Shown: positions 22,273 to 35,257, counted from the stretch's first letter. The stretch: DNA of 64,000 nt from Tubiluchus corallicola (GCA_030141605.1 JAQGDQ010000816.1:28554-92553); one strand, 5' to 3'. The notes: a model not told the origin generated them from the letters alone. Translations and numbers: made by a program.

Positions 22273-25200
22273 GTTTAGTTTGCATAAAAATGTACAGTTT
22301 ACAAAGACAACAGGATGCTAGTAAAGTAACATATCTACAGAAATTCAACATTGTAATATCCACTCATTTCAAACGCTTGTAATTGTATTACGATATACGG
22401 TGCTGCAAAATACAATAACAGGTATCTTAAAACATAATCTTTAAATGAGTTCTTTTCCTTTAACTTTACGTTTTCGTTTAGATCTACAGCACAACCATAT
22501 TTTAATCGTAAATTTACTTGACTGTCATTTACATAGTAGCAAAGCTTTGGAATTCTCATTTGTTTATATTTATTTGCATTTGTTTGTTTATGTATATCTT
22601 TGCTCTTGACAGTTGCCTGAAACAAAAGTTGTTGTCAGCTATTACCATCCAGTTACGAATCAATTGTCTTCCCTAACTACACTACCGGAGTTCTGTCCTC
22701 CTATATGTGGAGTAAACGATATCGGCTTTCGTGTGCTTCCTATCGGTGAGCGCGTTTTCTGTTTTACTAAAAAATTTTACGCAAGTTAAGTGTCATAATG
22801 GCGCGTGAAATAAGAAACTAATTCTTGATTAATTGCTTATAGAATTGTTAGATAGCTTAAGACCAAGAATTATTACTGTGAAATTCTTTATAGCCAAGAA
22901 TGAAGTGTTTTATTCTTAAATAAAACCTTACCATAACATAAAATTTTCAAATTGATCGGTTATTTGGGAAAAGAAAGTGTTAAAGTGAAAATAACAGCCA
23001 GCGTCCGCTTATGTAAAGACATTTATATGTCTGCGACTAGAGCATGAAAATAATTTCCTTCATAGCATATGGTTTTCTTGGAAATTTTTATTTCTGTTAT
23101 ATAAAAGAATGAAAATAATGAATTTGACTGCTATATTGAATTATTGATGAAATTTGAATTATAATTTAAGACGATCAGCGTAAATATTACTCACATCGTG
23201 CGGCTATAACAACTTAATACAGCCTTAGAACGTCATACTGGTTTACAGCAAATCAGGTAGAGACGCTACAAATAATTACTTGAAAAATTATCTAAACATT
23301 ATTTAACGTTTGCTGAGGCTTCTGTAAGCGTGTTTAGTGAGGCTCAACCTAATTTACAACTTCACCGGTAAAATGGCAGGTAAGTTCACATAGGTGCTGC
23401 CACCTACATATTATTGCTTAGAATATCAACATTATACGTATTTATTATGCCTTTATGTCCATGATATTTATGTTCAAATTTAAACTTAATCTCAATAGTT
23501 TTACTCACCTTATTCTGAAATTTTCGTCAAGATAATTGCGCATATTACTAATAGCAACATTACTTACAGGGTGGTTGACTTTGGTAACTTGCAGTTTTTC
23601 GCCGCCCTTTCACCAATCACTTGAACATCATTAACTCAGATAATTTACTCATTTAACAATCTTGTCACTTTGAATCATATTATCATTTCATGCTCCGTGT
23701 TTTTTTTGTAAAAAAGGTGAGAAATAAAGATACTTACTTGCTTGCTTGCTTGTTTGCTTGCTTGCTTACTTACTAAGGCCAGAAACTAACCTTAACAACG
23801 ACTTTTGTTAAGACAAGATCTGCAGCGTTTCGATCAGTTATGGTCGTGTTCACACAACAACCCACCTGAATAAAAATACAGTGTAAACGAAATTACAAAA
23901 ATCAACGTCGGGAAAAGCAAACAAGACAAATATTAAATTTCTTGCTTGCTTGCTTACTTACTAAGGCCAGAAACTAACCTTAACAACGACTTTTGTTAAG
24001 ACAAGATCTGCAGCGTTTCGATCAATTATGGTCGTGTTCACACAACAACCCACCTGAATAAAAATACAGTGTAAACGAAATTACAAAAATCAACGTCGGG
24101 AAAAGCAAACAAGACAAATATTAAATTGTAAACTTACAGATACTAAATATGTGATACGAAATTATCGGAAACGCTTTTGCAGTATTAATTGTGGTAAAAT
24201 GTATACATTTCATTGGATTCGAAAATGGGGTAGTATATGAAAAATCATCCTGTCTTCCTGCAACTATTTTTTATGTACGTTAGTCAATTCGCTGCTTTTT
24301 ATCGTTTGCTGCTTTGGCACATTTAGGTAAAGATATCTACGTGTTTGGTGGCGTGTCCAACTTGCAGTTTCACAAATGGGTGAGAAATGTCTACAAATAC
24401 GACACCATCTTTTGCGAGTGGACAGAAGGTAATTATTATTATTGTTATTATTATTAAGAATCTTTATTGAAAACAATACAATAAGCCCTCTATTTGCAGG
24501 GCACATAAGTACAAAAATGTTAAATAAATCTTTACCATTATGTATATTAAATAAATTTTTACTTTAAATTTTTCACAGTTACAATTTCTTACTAAACAAA
24601 CTAACACAACTGCACTACGATTTATTAAATCTAATTACATATCTAATATTTGCATACAATGTTTACACAGGTAAGTGGCTTGCAACTAGCTACATTCTGC
24701 TTCGAGTTTTAACTCGGCTGTGAAAGTTGTGAAAGGTTGCAAGCCTAGTGATAAAAAAATAAATTGAGTAGCTTCACGAGAATCGTTTTCGAATGCTGTA
24801 GTATCTTCTCAATGTTCCTCTGGATTTAAATTGTTCTCTTTCAATTATTTCTGCAGTGTCGTTTCGAATGTTTGACTTTCGAATGTCAGTTTGTGTAATT
24901 CATATAGTCCCGCGACTTACAATGTTAAATAAATTAAATTGCGTAGATGGTTATTGTTTGACATCTCAGATTTTTCATTTCTGCTTTAAAGAAAATGCTT
25001 GTTACCTTTTAAGAAATTTGTGCTTGTTGGCTAGCATTGCTGTGTTTATGGAATTAGTGGTTTGTGATTAAGAACTATTGCTAAGTGCTGGCATAGGATT
25101 TCCTAGTCACTTTGGCATATAATTGCGCCTGCCTTTATACAGTAGGCACGGCTTATTAGACTCACTTTGGGATGGAAGTGTTTTGACCCAATTAACCAAC

Positions 25201-26227
25201 TGAATCTACTGACTGTGAGTTTAATAAAGGCACTGCTTATTAGACTCACTTTGAGACGGAAATGTTTTGACTCAATTAACCAACTGAATCTACTAACTGT
25301 AAGTTTAATAAATTGCACCGCTTATTAGACTCACTTTGGGACGGAAATGTTTTGACCCAATTAACCAACTGAATCTACTGACTGTGAGTTTAATAAATTG
25401 CACCGCTTATTAGACTCACTTTGGGACGGAAGTGTATTGACCCAATTAGCCATTTTTGGTACAAAAACAACGAGTAGTACGGAACAGTTAATTGCATCAA
25501 ACTATTCCTGAAACAACGACTAATCACATCCTTAAAGGCTAGTACCACCTTACGTCTTTCACAACCGGCAATCTAAGGGTATGATGGAGCATTTTATTCT
25601 ATTCACTGGCCTGAATATTAAGCCGACCTCACCCAGAAAACACATCGATGCTGAAAAACAAAGTGGTCACTTAGGTGACCCAAGAACCTGCCACTCCTCA
25701 AGATTGTAGGTTGTGCGGGACACGCGAAATTTGAAGACTGTGAGAGACTGTTACTTTATGATGCTTAAAGTGAAAAAAGTTCATGTGTGAAGTCACTAAC
25801 AGGAAACAGTAGAACTGCACAGGTTTTGCCAAAAAGTAAAGTATTTTATTGAAAAGAGTAAAGAAGTTTCATAGCAACAGACTCAGCTTAGGGTGGTAAT
25901 GTTTACAGCTGGGCACAACAGGGAAGCCCAGATTAGGCAGAGGCTAGCAGTAAGGCCTATGTCACAAACAGGGCCTATTTCAGCCTAGACGAGGCCCTGG
26001 GAAGTGAGGCGTGTGAGGCCCCATGGGGGGGGGGGGACGCTACCATGGTTGGCGCCCAGAAAATTTTTGAACTGCTAGAATGCCAGAGAAGCATTTTCGA
26101 AGAGAAAATATGGAGTTATACAGTTGTTAAAGGAAAGAACAATTGAAAGAAAAACTGCTTTATTCTCAAGACCAGTCGTTAATACTTGTCAATACTGGCA
26201 AACAGCGCGTGTGCGGCAAGAGAGAGA

Positions 26228-26307
<80 letters not shown>

Positions 26308-26651
26308 GCAGTATACTCGCATAAAGCAAAAAGAAATGTTACCTTGGCGCGAGGCCCCCCTGGAGGGTGAGGCCCAGGGGAAGTATCCCCATTTCCCCCC
26401 TTGAAATAGGCCCTGGCCACAAATAGAATGTAACCAATGTGACAGAAGGGAGTGTTGGCACAATTGAAGCCACAGTGCTCTTACACATGTCTGAGTAGCT
26501 TTATTGCATTTTATCTGTAAGAAAAATCATAGCAAACTAATTTGAGTTAAAAAAAGAAATGAGACAATTAATAACAAAGTGATTCTGAGTAACCAGAAAT
26601 GAACTTACATCACGGCTCTTCTACTCTTGATAAATAAGTGGTGTAACTGAG

Positions 26652-26694
<43 letters not shown>

Positions 26695-29600
26695 TAACAA
26701 CAACTTTCTTTGCCAAGAACAGACTGCTAGCACCTGCCCTGTCAGTAGAACAGGACATGAAGAAGCCAAGTCAGGACCTACATGAATACAGTTTAAAGAG
26801 AGAGAGAGTGTGTACGGGGTTTAAAGAATGGGTGAACACTAAAGCAAATAACCTAAAATCCTTCACAGAGGCTATATTTTGAGGGCATGAACAGATTCAT
26901 CAATGGATATTGATTGGTTTATTTGTCTATATGCATATGTACTATTTAATTATACACAGTTCATTATAATTACATTGAGACAGGGTTTCGTGATTGTTAC
27001 ATTAATTTTGCGACATAATCACTAATATTCTTATAATTTTCCCCCCTCCCTCCCTCATTTTTAATGGTTATGATGGCTACATTGCTACCATCAATTATAT
27101 TTAAATGTTCTGTACAATTATTGATATTACTATAAGTATAATGTATATTTTAATCTCTTCTCCCCCACTTAATTCTGAGTATATATATATATATATATCA
27201 TTGTATACACAAGTAAGCAATATGGTGCATTGTAATACAAGTAAGTGGTACATTGACAGATAATCAGATAATTCATATTCATAACTATTCAAAAAAAAAG
27301 AAATTTCACTCTTTAAGGCTCACTCAAAATTGTAATTACATATTATGTTTTCCTTTCTCAACTTTCAGGTTTATTGCTCTTATTCCATCGCTATTATTCC
27401 ATCATTTACTTCATCCTTAATTGCATTAAGTTATCTACAGAAGCATGCATAACTATAATCATTTTTTCATTTAAATAAGGTGAGTGTGTTAATGACCGTA
27501 TGGTCGTACACTCACCTCGCACTACTCAAATCAATTTATTAATGTGTGTGATATTGTATTTTGATGTGTGAAAATAAATTCATAGTTCAATAGTTCAGCA
27601 ATACTTTGATGTAAAATTCATTTCTGCACTGTTACCCGTTACTCTGTAATCCCTAGCAAATCGTTATGAACCACCCTGTACACATGCATAGTTTATTTTA
27701 TTTATCATGTAAACTTTTAAAGCAAAATAAATGTAGTCACTCATATTACAAAATACTACGTACTTATGCTGAATATGTTCATTGAACTCTGCATACATAT
27801 GTCTTCCATGTATATTTCCTTGCATTACTGTTATTTAACATGTGTGTTTGCAAACCAAAACCACCCATAAGTCGTCATAGTTAAAACTACGTTATGATGC
27901 TTCAAAGTAGAATGTGCCAAAAATTTGGTGAAATGTCAGTTTCTTGATTTTTCTAAAAGCAAATGCTAAATATATTGGACTTTTATATTCTAGCATCAAA
28001 TTATAAACAAAATGTTTAAAAATACTAAAAATTAATTTTATAACCCCGTGCCCACTCTTCTGGTCAGAAATTAATAATGCAATTGTAAAAAAAGCTGCAT
28101 TTTCAAACTCAGATAGTTGCTCGTGGAAGCTGTCATTTTGCTTCAGGTTTTTTCTGTTGTCAAGTCCAGATCTTCACCAAGAAGAGCCATCTACTGGATT
28201 TAAACATAGCTTCAATGTGTTCTGGCAAAGTCCGTAGTAAGTGTAGAAACACAATATAAAACAATGACTAACTTTAACAGCAATTTTCTCAAGGTTATGT
28301 TTTTCACTGCATAGCCTGCACCTCAACTTAAACGTGGATTGTCTCAGCTTAGAAATAACACAGAGCGATGAACTTGGTATCAAAATGATTCTCATGAAAT
28401 GTTGATCCAGGATATGTGAATAACTAGAAAAACTTAATTACCGACTTATGGATGGTTTTGCTGTGCATGCACACATATATTAGTCTCGGGGGGTATGTAG
28501 ATATGTAAGATTCGAGGCTAAAGCTCCAACAACATCACCATTCTCGTCGATCTGAGTATCAGACGGAAAGTCTCGATCTAATGTCGTATCATTGATGCTT
28601 GAAATTTCTAATCGGAGCCCACCTGAAAGAACCTGGGTGTGAAAAACCTTCAAATGTCATTATTAATTTACGTACATTTGTTACAGTGTCGAAAATGCCC
28701 GACGTACGACGAAACTTCGGCATTACCTGTCACGGCCAGAAAATCTACCTATGTGGAGGGCTGGGAAAATATCGTATAAAACAACCGACTGCAGACTCCT
28801 TTCACATTGAGACACGTGAGTTGTTGTTTACGATGAGAACTGTTATTACAATTCTGCTATTCAAGGTGTTAATAGGGACAGATAAACAAACAGTCAACCA
28901 TGTATTAATGTCTGGTTGTAGATGCATATGTATGTTCTGGTTTTGTGTCCAGTAGGCTGTTATTTTGGATGCGTGAAGCATTGAACAATTTGTCTGCATA
29001 TCTTCAAAAATTTATATTTCAATTTGGTACACACTGAAAAATACAGTGGGGCAAAAACAAGGTCCAAATCCCACAGTAAGGTCATTTACGATATTTTATA
29101 AATGATATTGTGGGATTTTGTGTGTAAAAATGGTCCATTTTTTGACGTGCATCTCAACTTTATGAAAATTTGCAAAAATCTAGAAAAAATAGCTCATTGC
29201 GGCTACTGTAAGTCCTCGCTTAACGATGCCAATACGTTCCAGCAAAACACGACGTTAAGTGAAACGTCGTTAAATGAAGCCAAAACCTTCCATAGAAAGT
29301 TGTTTGGTTTTCCATTTCTTATAATTAATGTAAACTACATACACATTTTAAGATATAGTCTGGTGAATTAAAGCTGTAAGTTGGGAATGATTGATCCTAT
29401 GACTAATTTTTACATAAGCACAGTTAAGTACAATGCTAGAATAACTGAACTTCTAAGCAAACAGTAGAAATTTCTCAACGTGTACCTTCACCGCAGCTTG
29501 ATTTCACGGCATTCACGCTGCCCAGCAGACACCAGCTTACGTCATTTTTTTTCAAATATGCTGGCAGCGATGTTCGTTTGGCGGGAGATGAGAAATATTT

Positions 29601-32600
29601 AAATATTTTTGCAATCATTTAAATTTTTAAGCAAGACAGTTTGTACGCCGCATAAATTGTGTAGCGATTTCGATATTTTTAATTATATATTAAAATCAAT
29701 CTGTTGTGTTTGTATTTAGTTTAAACATAATTTATTTAGGATTGGATCAGACAGTTTGTACAACATGATTTAAGATCCTCACCACAATAGACTTTATACA
29801 CTATTTACAAAAACATTTACAGTAAGAATTGACCATACTTAACTTTTAGTATACTAAAGTTTTACTTACAGTGATACATTAGACATTAGTAAAAAATGAC
29901 GGTTAGTAAATATTAATGTACGATTATTTAAGAATGATGCATTTTATATCAGATAGAAACTACTGGAAGCGTTTAGTACATAATATAAAGTCATGTATAC
30001 ATTGGAATATTTTACAGTTGGTAACATAGTTAAATTCATCTTTACCGAATAATAACAAGTTCAACAGATCATTATTTCCTAAAACAGTTACGTTAACGTT
30101 TTCGGGCAGAAGTATTGCATTTAATTCATCAAACATAACTACCCTAGCTAGTTGATGCAATGGGCAGTGCAACAAAAAATGTTCAACAGACTCAAATCGA
30201 AATCCGCAGTTACAATTCGGCAATATTGGATGACCGTTATTATCTTTACAGCCTTTAGAGAAAAGGTCATAGTTTAGCTGCGAAAATCCGATTCTCATGC
30301 GCGTATGATGCACTGATATTGGAGGTTTACCAAATGAAAAATGTTTCTTACGCAAAGAAAAACTTAAATGAGATTTGAGCTCTTGTTTGAATTGTGAAAT
30401 GGATGTAATTTCACGAATGTTCTGTGGTAAGTTGTTCCACATGTTAATGGTCGATATGAAAAACGATTTTTCACAGCTAACAGAACGGCAATTAAAATTT
30501 CTGTATTTAGTACCACTGCGTATATAATAGGGGGTAACTTCGTTAACCTTTGGCGGCAGAATTGCACTTAAATAGTGGGGCACTAAGTCATTGATTATTT
30601 TGTAAAAAAGACATGGGCGATGATAATGAAAGCGTGTCACTAATTTAGTGAAGCCGCTGTCAGACAAGATACTTGCAGGGGAAGATCGAAACATAGCGCC
30701 AGAACAGATTCTAGCAGCAGTTAGCTGAATATTTTCTAACAAACGTATACTGTATTCACTGCATCCTGGCCATACTACGTTACCATATTCGATGGCAGGG
30801 AGAATAGCCGTAATGAATAATCGTTCCCGCGTAGCTCTGTGCATATTAACTGACACACGTCGAAAGTTGTTTAGCTTTAGATTTGCTTTGTCTACCATTT
30901 TTGAGACGTGATAGTTCCAGTTCAGGTCAGATGTAAGATGAATACCTAAATGTTTGTGAACATTTACAGTTTTCAGTGCAGTATTAGATAAATACAGAGT
31001 AGGATATTGAGGAGCATTGGATTTACGGGAGAAAAGCATGACTTCGGTCTTATTGGGATTAAATTTAACCAACCAACGTTTGGCCCAGTTTTCAATTATT
31101 TCTAGATCTGCCTTTAAGCGATTTGCTGATGTATATGGGTCATCCTTAAACGAATCCATTAAAACCGTATCGTCTGCAAAAAAGCGAATATCAGATTGAA
31201 TGTCTTCTGTTATATCATTAACATACACTAAAAATAGAAGGGGTCCTAAGATAGAACCTTGGGGGACGCCAGATAAAAGTGACTTCGCATCAGATGTATT
31301 ACCGTTTTGCGTTACTCTTTGTGTTCGGTTTCGAAGGTAAGTTGATAGCCAAGACAGAAGTTGGCCACTTACTCCATACTGCTTTAATTTGAATATCAAG
31401 CCTACATGCCACACCTTATCAAAAGCTTTACTGATGTCCAGAAAAATGCTACAGATTTCAGCACCGTCGTCTAAACTTGTATACAAATTGTGAACGATTG
31501 AAACTAGCTGGTTGATGGTGCTATCGTTTGATTTGAACCCCGAGTTCTTTTCCGTCAAAAAGTTATTATCAATAGCAAAGTAGTTATACATCTGATTAAA
31601 GACAACGCGTTCTAGAATCTTGGACATACATGAAAGTAGCGCCACGGGTCTGTAGTTCGAAACAAGCTGTCTATCTCCGCCTTTGTGTATGGGGCAGACA
31701 TTTGCAACTTTCCACAAGCTAGGAAAATGACCTGACTGTAATGAGAAGTTAAATAATCGGGTTAATGGGCTTGATAATGAGTCTGCACAAAGCTTAAGTA
31801 CTTTGTTGCTTATTCCATCAGGACCTACAGATTTGCTCGTATTGACGTTATTTAATAGTGTTTTCACTAAATCTTCGTGTACAGTAATGTGAGACATGTA
31901 TGTATCAGTCTTCGATACGAATCTGGGTAATGAAGCATTTGAAATGTTCAAACGGCACTGCTGGGCAAAGTAATTGTTAAATGCATTGCACTTGGAAATC
32001 GCATCACTTATGACAACACCAGCTTCATCTATAATGGGAGGAATAAAATAGTCACACGTATTTTTGTAAAAAACTTTTAGTAATTTTCCACCAGACTTTA
32101 GGGCATGTTTCAGGATTCAATAGCTTCTCGTTCAGTTTGTCTGAATAGTCACGTTTGGCTTTTTTAACAGCATTGTTGTACTTATTTCTAATAGTAGTAT
32201 AGGACTGCCACGAAGCATTCGTCCTGTTTAATTTATAATTTCTGTGCGCCTTTTCTTTTTGTACTCTAAGCTTTCGAACGTGACTATTCATCCAAGGCTT
32301 ATCGCGTGGGCGTATTGTTACAATTTGATTAGGCACACAAGAATCAATCATTTTCACTAGATTGTCAACAAATAATTGAAAAACAACATCAACAGATTCA
32401 TTTGAAAACACAGCCTCCCAATTTGCAGCAGAGATTTGTTGATTTAATGCTGGCCAATCTGCTAAATTATAATTATATACCTTTCTTTTGAAAGCACGAC
32501 GTTCTGGAGTTTTGACACAAATTTTCCCAAAAATAGGGTTATGATCGCATGTAAAGATTTGTGGAAGCACACCGTAGTTAGTAAATAATCTAGGTGAGTC

Positions 32601-34902
32601 TGTGATAATCAAATCCAGAACAGACTTTGACGTACTAGTTACTCGAGTGGGATCAGTAATTAACTGGAACAATTGATTTTGTACAACAAAATTATTTAAT
32701 TTAGGGCCCATTGGATTTTCGTTTAGCTCTGCCTTTGTGTTTGTATTTGAAGATTTTACATTTTGCTTTAAACTTCTCAATTATTGTAGGTGAATGGAAG
32801 CCCGTGAAGTCAATGTGTGAGGCTTGGCACGACTGTATAAGTTGCTCCATTGGTGATTATGTGTACGTGTTTAGAGGCAGACGAGCTGAGGTCTATAATG
32901 TACACAAGGATGTCTGGTACAGCACCGACTTTGTGTGGAGCTACAGTTGCGTGCTCGCCGCAATTGAATATCACGGAAAAATTTGTGTAGTGGGTAAGAA
33001 TTCACTTTGCATGTCATCTGTATACAGTGTTCCCTCACTTATCGTGAGTGTTCCGTTCCAGGTCCACCCGCGATTAGTGAATTTCCGCGAAGTAGGGACG
33101 CTATACTTATTTTAGTTGTTATACATTATTTTAAGTCTTTATTAACCCTCCCTACACTCTTATTTTATGATTTATAATATTCTTTTAATGTCAGAATTAA
33201 TATTTTTAATATATTTTTATAGATTTTGTGATTTTTTTTTGCAAAATTCATCAAATCTATACATTACTGTTCAGTATGCACTATGCATGTGCAAAAATAC
33301 TTTAGACGGCGTACCGCAAAAACCCGCGAAACAGCGAAAATACCGCGATAAATATTTCACATTAATATTTTTGAAAACCCGCGAAACAGCAAGTCCGCGA
33401 TAAAGGAACCGCGAAGTAGCGAGGGGAACGCTGTAACTGTATTGGAAAGATTGTTGGGAGTATGCGTGTGCATTCTGTATATGTGTGCTTGCAAACCAAA
33501 ATCGTCCATAAGTCGGCATAGTTAAAACTATGTTATAATGCTCCAAAAGTAGAATGCACCAAAAATTTGGTCAATTCTTAGTCTTTTTGTTTCTCGTAAA
33601 AACAAACGCTAAATATGTCGCACTTTAATGTGCTGGAATCAAATTATCAAGAAAATGTTTAAAAATACTAAAAATTAATTTTATAACCCCGTACCCATTT
33701 TCTGGCTAGAAAATAATAATGTAATTGTGAAAACTCCTATGTTCATACTCCGATAGCAGCTCGTGGAAGCTGTCATTTCGCTTTGGGTTTTTCCCGATGC
33801 CAAGCCCAGATCTTCATCAGGAAGAGCCATCTAATGGGTTTAAGCAAACTTCAATGTGTTCTTGCAAAGTTCGTAGCAACAAGATTTATGCGGTTGCTAA
33901 GTGTTTTGTAGAAATGCGACAAAAACAATGGTTAACTTTAACAGTGATTTTCCCAAGATTAAGTTTTTCAGTGCGCAGCCTGCACCTCAATTTCAACATG
34001 GATTATCTCAGCTTTAGAATAACATAGATTGATGAGCTTGGTATCAAAATAATCCTCACGAAATGAAGATTGAGAATACATGAATAAGTAGAAAAGCTTA
34101 TTTACAGAAATGCGACAAAAAACAATGACTAACTTTAACAGCAATTTTCTCAAGGTTATGCTTTTCACTGCATAGCCTGCACCTCAACTTCAACAGCTTG
34201 GAAATAACATAGAGCGATGAAGTTGGTGTGAAAATGATTCTCATGAAATGGAAATTCAGGATATGCTTTTCGTTCAATCATCCTTGTCCTGCCATGTCAT
34301 CACGTACATGTAACCGAACTTTAGCTAGTGCGGATACAGTACCTCCAGTGTTCAAGTTGATGAGATCTAACGCATTTTATTAAGTAATCCACATAGTTGC
34401 AGAAAAATATATTATTTTATATTGTCATAATATATTTTATTCACATAAAAACTGGGGTATTTGATTTAATCATTTCTTTACTGCTTAACTTGTTGGTTAT
34501 AATATGAAATTTATAAAAAATGACTGGGCATATACTTTAACACTTTGTATTCAATCCTTTGCAGATTGAAACTTGGCCGTTTTTCTCGTTTACGATAGTT
34601 ATAAAAGACTTACATTTTCAGGTGGCGAGGGAAAAATCTGCGTGTCGATGTGTATGCCGACAAACGAAGGCAAATCATTGGTTGAAGAAGTTTATGCTGA
34701 AATAGACGCAAGCCGTATTGGCAATGCAGTGATAATAGGCGACGTTCTGTACATGCTGGTAATAAAAGACGGTGCGACACATTTGGCTGAGCTAAAATTG
34801 AACTGTCCCAAGGAAAAACGACAGTACGTCACGATAGCGGAGGTGCAGTCGAATGCGAGAATTGCGTCTACCCAAGCTGCAGTTATTTACTGCAACTTAT
34901 AA
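11709..34902 (+). CDS. Kelch-like BTB-BACK-Kelch protein (KLHL/KBTBD family, putative Cullin-3 adaptor), 9 coding exons, 645 aa
   Basis: join(11709..11960,14243..14416,18107..18661,20840..20947,22613..22745,24327..24428,28687..28815,32790..32993,34622..34902) = 1938 nt. All introns are GT-AG and the frame is open. BTB: LSVASAYFDAMFSVEMKE...LEGIS. BACK: IDSDNCLSIL...FLNLP...EFAVFEAALNW...LLECVRF. Kelch strands: IYVFGG, IYLCGG, VYVFRG, ICVVGG. AATAAA at 35228. Confidence 0.92.
12776..14122. mobile_element. Probable Tigger-like element enclosing a minisatellite
   Basis: CAGGTAGTCGCCAACTTACGA ... TCATAAGTCAATTACCTG|TA (degenerate TIRs). Confidence 0.55.
13398..13900. repeat. AT-rich minisatellite, about 56-bp unit, 9 copies
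   Basis: TGTATTATGTGTTATGTCTGTAGTTATCACTTTAACATCTAAGATTGGGCAGTCAA. Confidence 0.95.
14243..14416 (+). CDS. KLHL exon 2 (BTB)
   Basis: ttttcag|ALSVASAYFDAMFSVEMKENQTQEVRLEGISYSTLATLVEYAY...TLN|gtaagt. Confidence 0.93.
14608..15181. mobile_element. Dispersed DNA-element family (inverted copy about 36545-37093; fragments about 4860-5180, 24170-24262, 60870-61062)
   Basis: Long reverse-complement similarity between 14610-15130 and 36545-37093; the latter ends CAGTCTTCCT|TTAA. Confidence 0.6.
17349..17912. mobile_element. Copy of the 27841 MITE family
   Basis: TGTGCTTGCAAACCAAA...TGCAAGCACACA. Confidence 0.72.
18107..18661 (+). CDS. KLHL exon 3 (BTB end and BACK)
   Basis: gaacag|ITDSNIQDLLQASCRFQF...KQPRS|gtaagt; 555 nt. 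Confidence 0.93.
18785..19272 (+). mobile_element. Non-autonomous RTE-clade element (5' UTR fused to deleted ORF 3' end)
   Basis: RTE 5' UTR motif GCTGGTCCCAAGCCCGGATAAATAGGGAGGG...GGAAGGGCATCC; ORF remnant VVRPALIYG / EMRMLRWMVGITRRDKIRN / LRWYGH; (GAA)n tail; 15-bp TSD AATGTCAATGAAATA at 18770-18784 and 19273-19287. Confidence 0.88.
20339..20634 (+). mobile_element. 5'-truncated copy of the 5S/RTE SINE
   Basis: Colinear with 58641-58923; probable 7-bp TSD ACTTATA at 20332-20338 and 20635-20641. Confidence 0.82.
20840..20947 (+). CDS. KLHL exon 4
   Basis: tttttag|HPYAVLLTHVSDVEQKKQSQRTDEEEEEVPCKRKRT|gtaaca; 108 nt, phase 0/0. Confidence 0.75.
21422..21818. mobile_element. MITE (TIR GCC(G/T)TTTCACAGTT); second copy 41938..42308
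   Basis: Terminal inverted repeats and two colinear dispersed copies. Confidence 0.7.
22087..22271. repeat. (ATT)n/(ATC)n compound microsatellite
   Basis: Direct reading. Confidence 0.96.
22613..22745 (+). CDS. KLHL exon 5 (kelch)
   Basis: ttgacag|LPETKVVVSYYHPVTNQLSSLTTLPEF...GFRVLPIG|gtgagc. Confidence 0.82.
23753..24127. repeat. 188-bp direct tandem duplication
   Basis: CTAAGGCCAG at 23773 and 23961; copies nearly identical. Confidence 0.9.
24327..24428 (+). CDS. KLHL exon 6 (kelch)
   Basis: atttag|GKDIYVFGGVSNLQFHKWVRNVYKYDTIFCEWTE|gtaatt. Confidence 0.9.
25145..25450. repeat. Minisatellite, 84-85-bp unit, about 3.6 copies
   Basis: GCTTATTAGACTCACTTT at 25151, 25235, 25320, 25405. 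Confidence 0.9.
25969..26415. mobile_element. hAT-like MITE with internal (GA)n; second copy 50561..50950
   Basis: TIR CAGGGCCTATTTCA / TGAAATAGGCCCTG; near-perfect 8-bp TSD GTCACAAA/GCCACAAA. Confidence 0.8.
27841..28475. mobile_element. Unclassified MITE family (TIR TGTGTGCTTGCA...CCATAAGTCGG); copies 17349-17912 and 33482-34265
   Basis: Imperfect terminal inverted repeats; three colinear same-orientation copies, all in KLHL introns. Confidence 0.75.
28687..28815 (+). CDS. KLHL exon 7 (kelch)
   Basis: ttacag|VSKMPDVRRNFGITCHGQKIYLCGGLGKYRIKQPTADSFHIET|gtgagt. Confidence 0.9.
29718..32734 (-). mobile_element. 5'-truncated non-LTR retrotransposon (CR1/L2 group): end of APE endonuclease, RT, C-terminal CCHC knuckle
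   Basis: ORFs 32052..32780 and 29960..31951 are joined by a 1-nt frameshift near 32061-32073. Motifs PTRV...LDLI, GPDGIS, NYRPVALL, FLDISKAFDKVWH, GVPQGSILGPLLF, FADD, CNCG..ESVEHFLLHC. 14-bp TSD TTGTGTTTGTATTT at 29704-29717 and 32735-32748. Confidence 0.95.
32790..32993 (+). CDS. KLHL exon 8 (kelch)
   Basis: ttgtag|REWKPVKSMCEAWHDCISCSIGDYVYVFRG...HGKICVV|gtaaga. Confidence 0.9.
33025..33433. mobile_element. Tc1/mariner (pogo/Tigger-like) MITE
   Basis: TA|CAGTGTTCCCTC...GAGGGGAACGCTG|TA. Confidence 0.78.
33482..34265. mobile_element. Copy of the 27841 MITE family with internal duplication
   Basis: Colinear; about 33910-34095 is repeated at 34105-34265. Confidence 0.7.
34622..34902 (+). 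CDS. KLHL terminal exon
   Basis: ttttcag|GGEGKICVSMC...GNAVIIGDVLYMLVIK...AAVIYCNL*. Confidence 0.85.
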
Positions 34903-35227
34903 CCATTTCTTTGTAGATATTGACGTTAGTATGGTTGATTCTATACTACTGTGATACATTTTTAAACGAATACATTTTGAGATAATCTACTACAATTTTT
35001 TTAAGCTTTAGAAATGCTAATAATATAAAGCAATTTGCAAGCCAAACCATTGACTGCAGGCAATTATTTATATATAATTTTTTTATGTGCATCATGTGGT
35101 AAGTGCTAGAACAATACTTAGCAAAACCCTAGGCGTATTAAATGGCTAGCAGGTAAAAGGGTAGGATAATGAAGTTTTTATTGCATTAAAATTTTTTACA
35201 TGATTGTAAATAAGAAAACTTACAGAC

Positions 35228-35233
35228 AATAAA
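35228..35233 (+). terminator. Probable KLHL polyadenylation signal
   Basis: First AATAAA noticed downstream of the stop at 34902. Confidence 0.5.
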
Positions 35234-35257
35234 TTTATTTCCTTTTAAAGGAACGAA

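Noticed and set aside
32735-32780. N-terminus of ORF 32052..32780 as part of the LINE
   Set aside because: It lies in or beyond the TSD, so it is host intron sequence that happens to be in frame.
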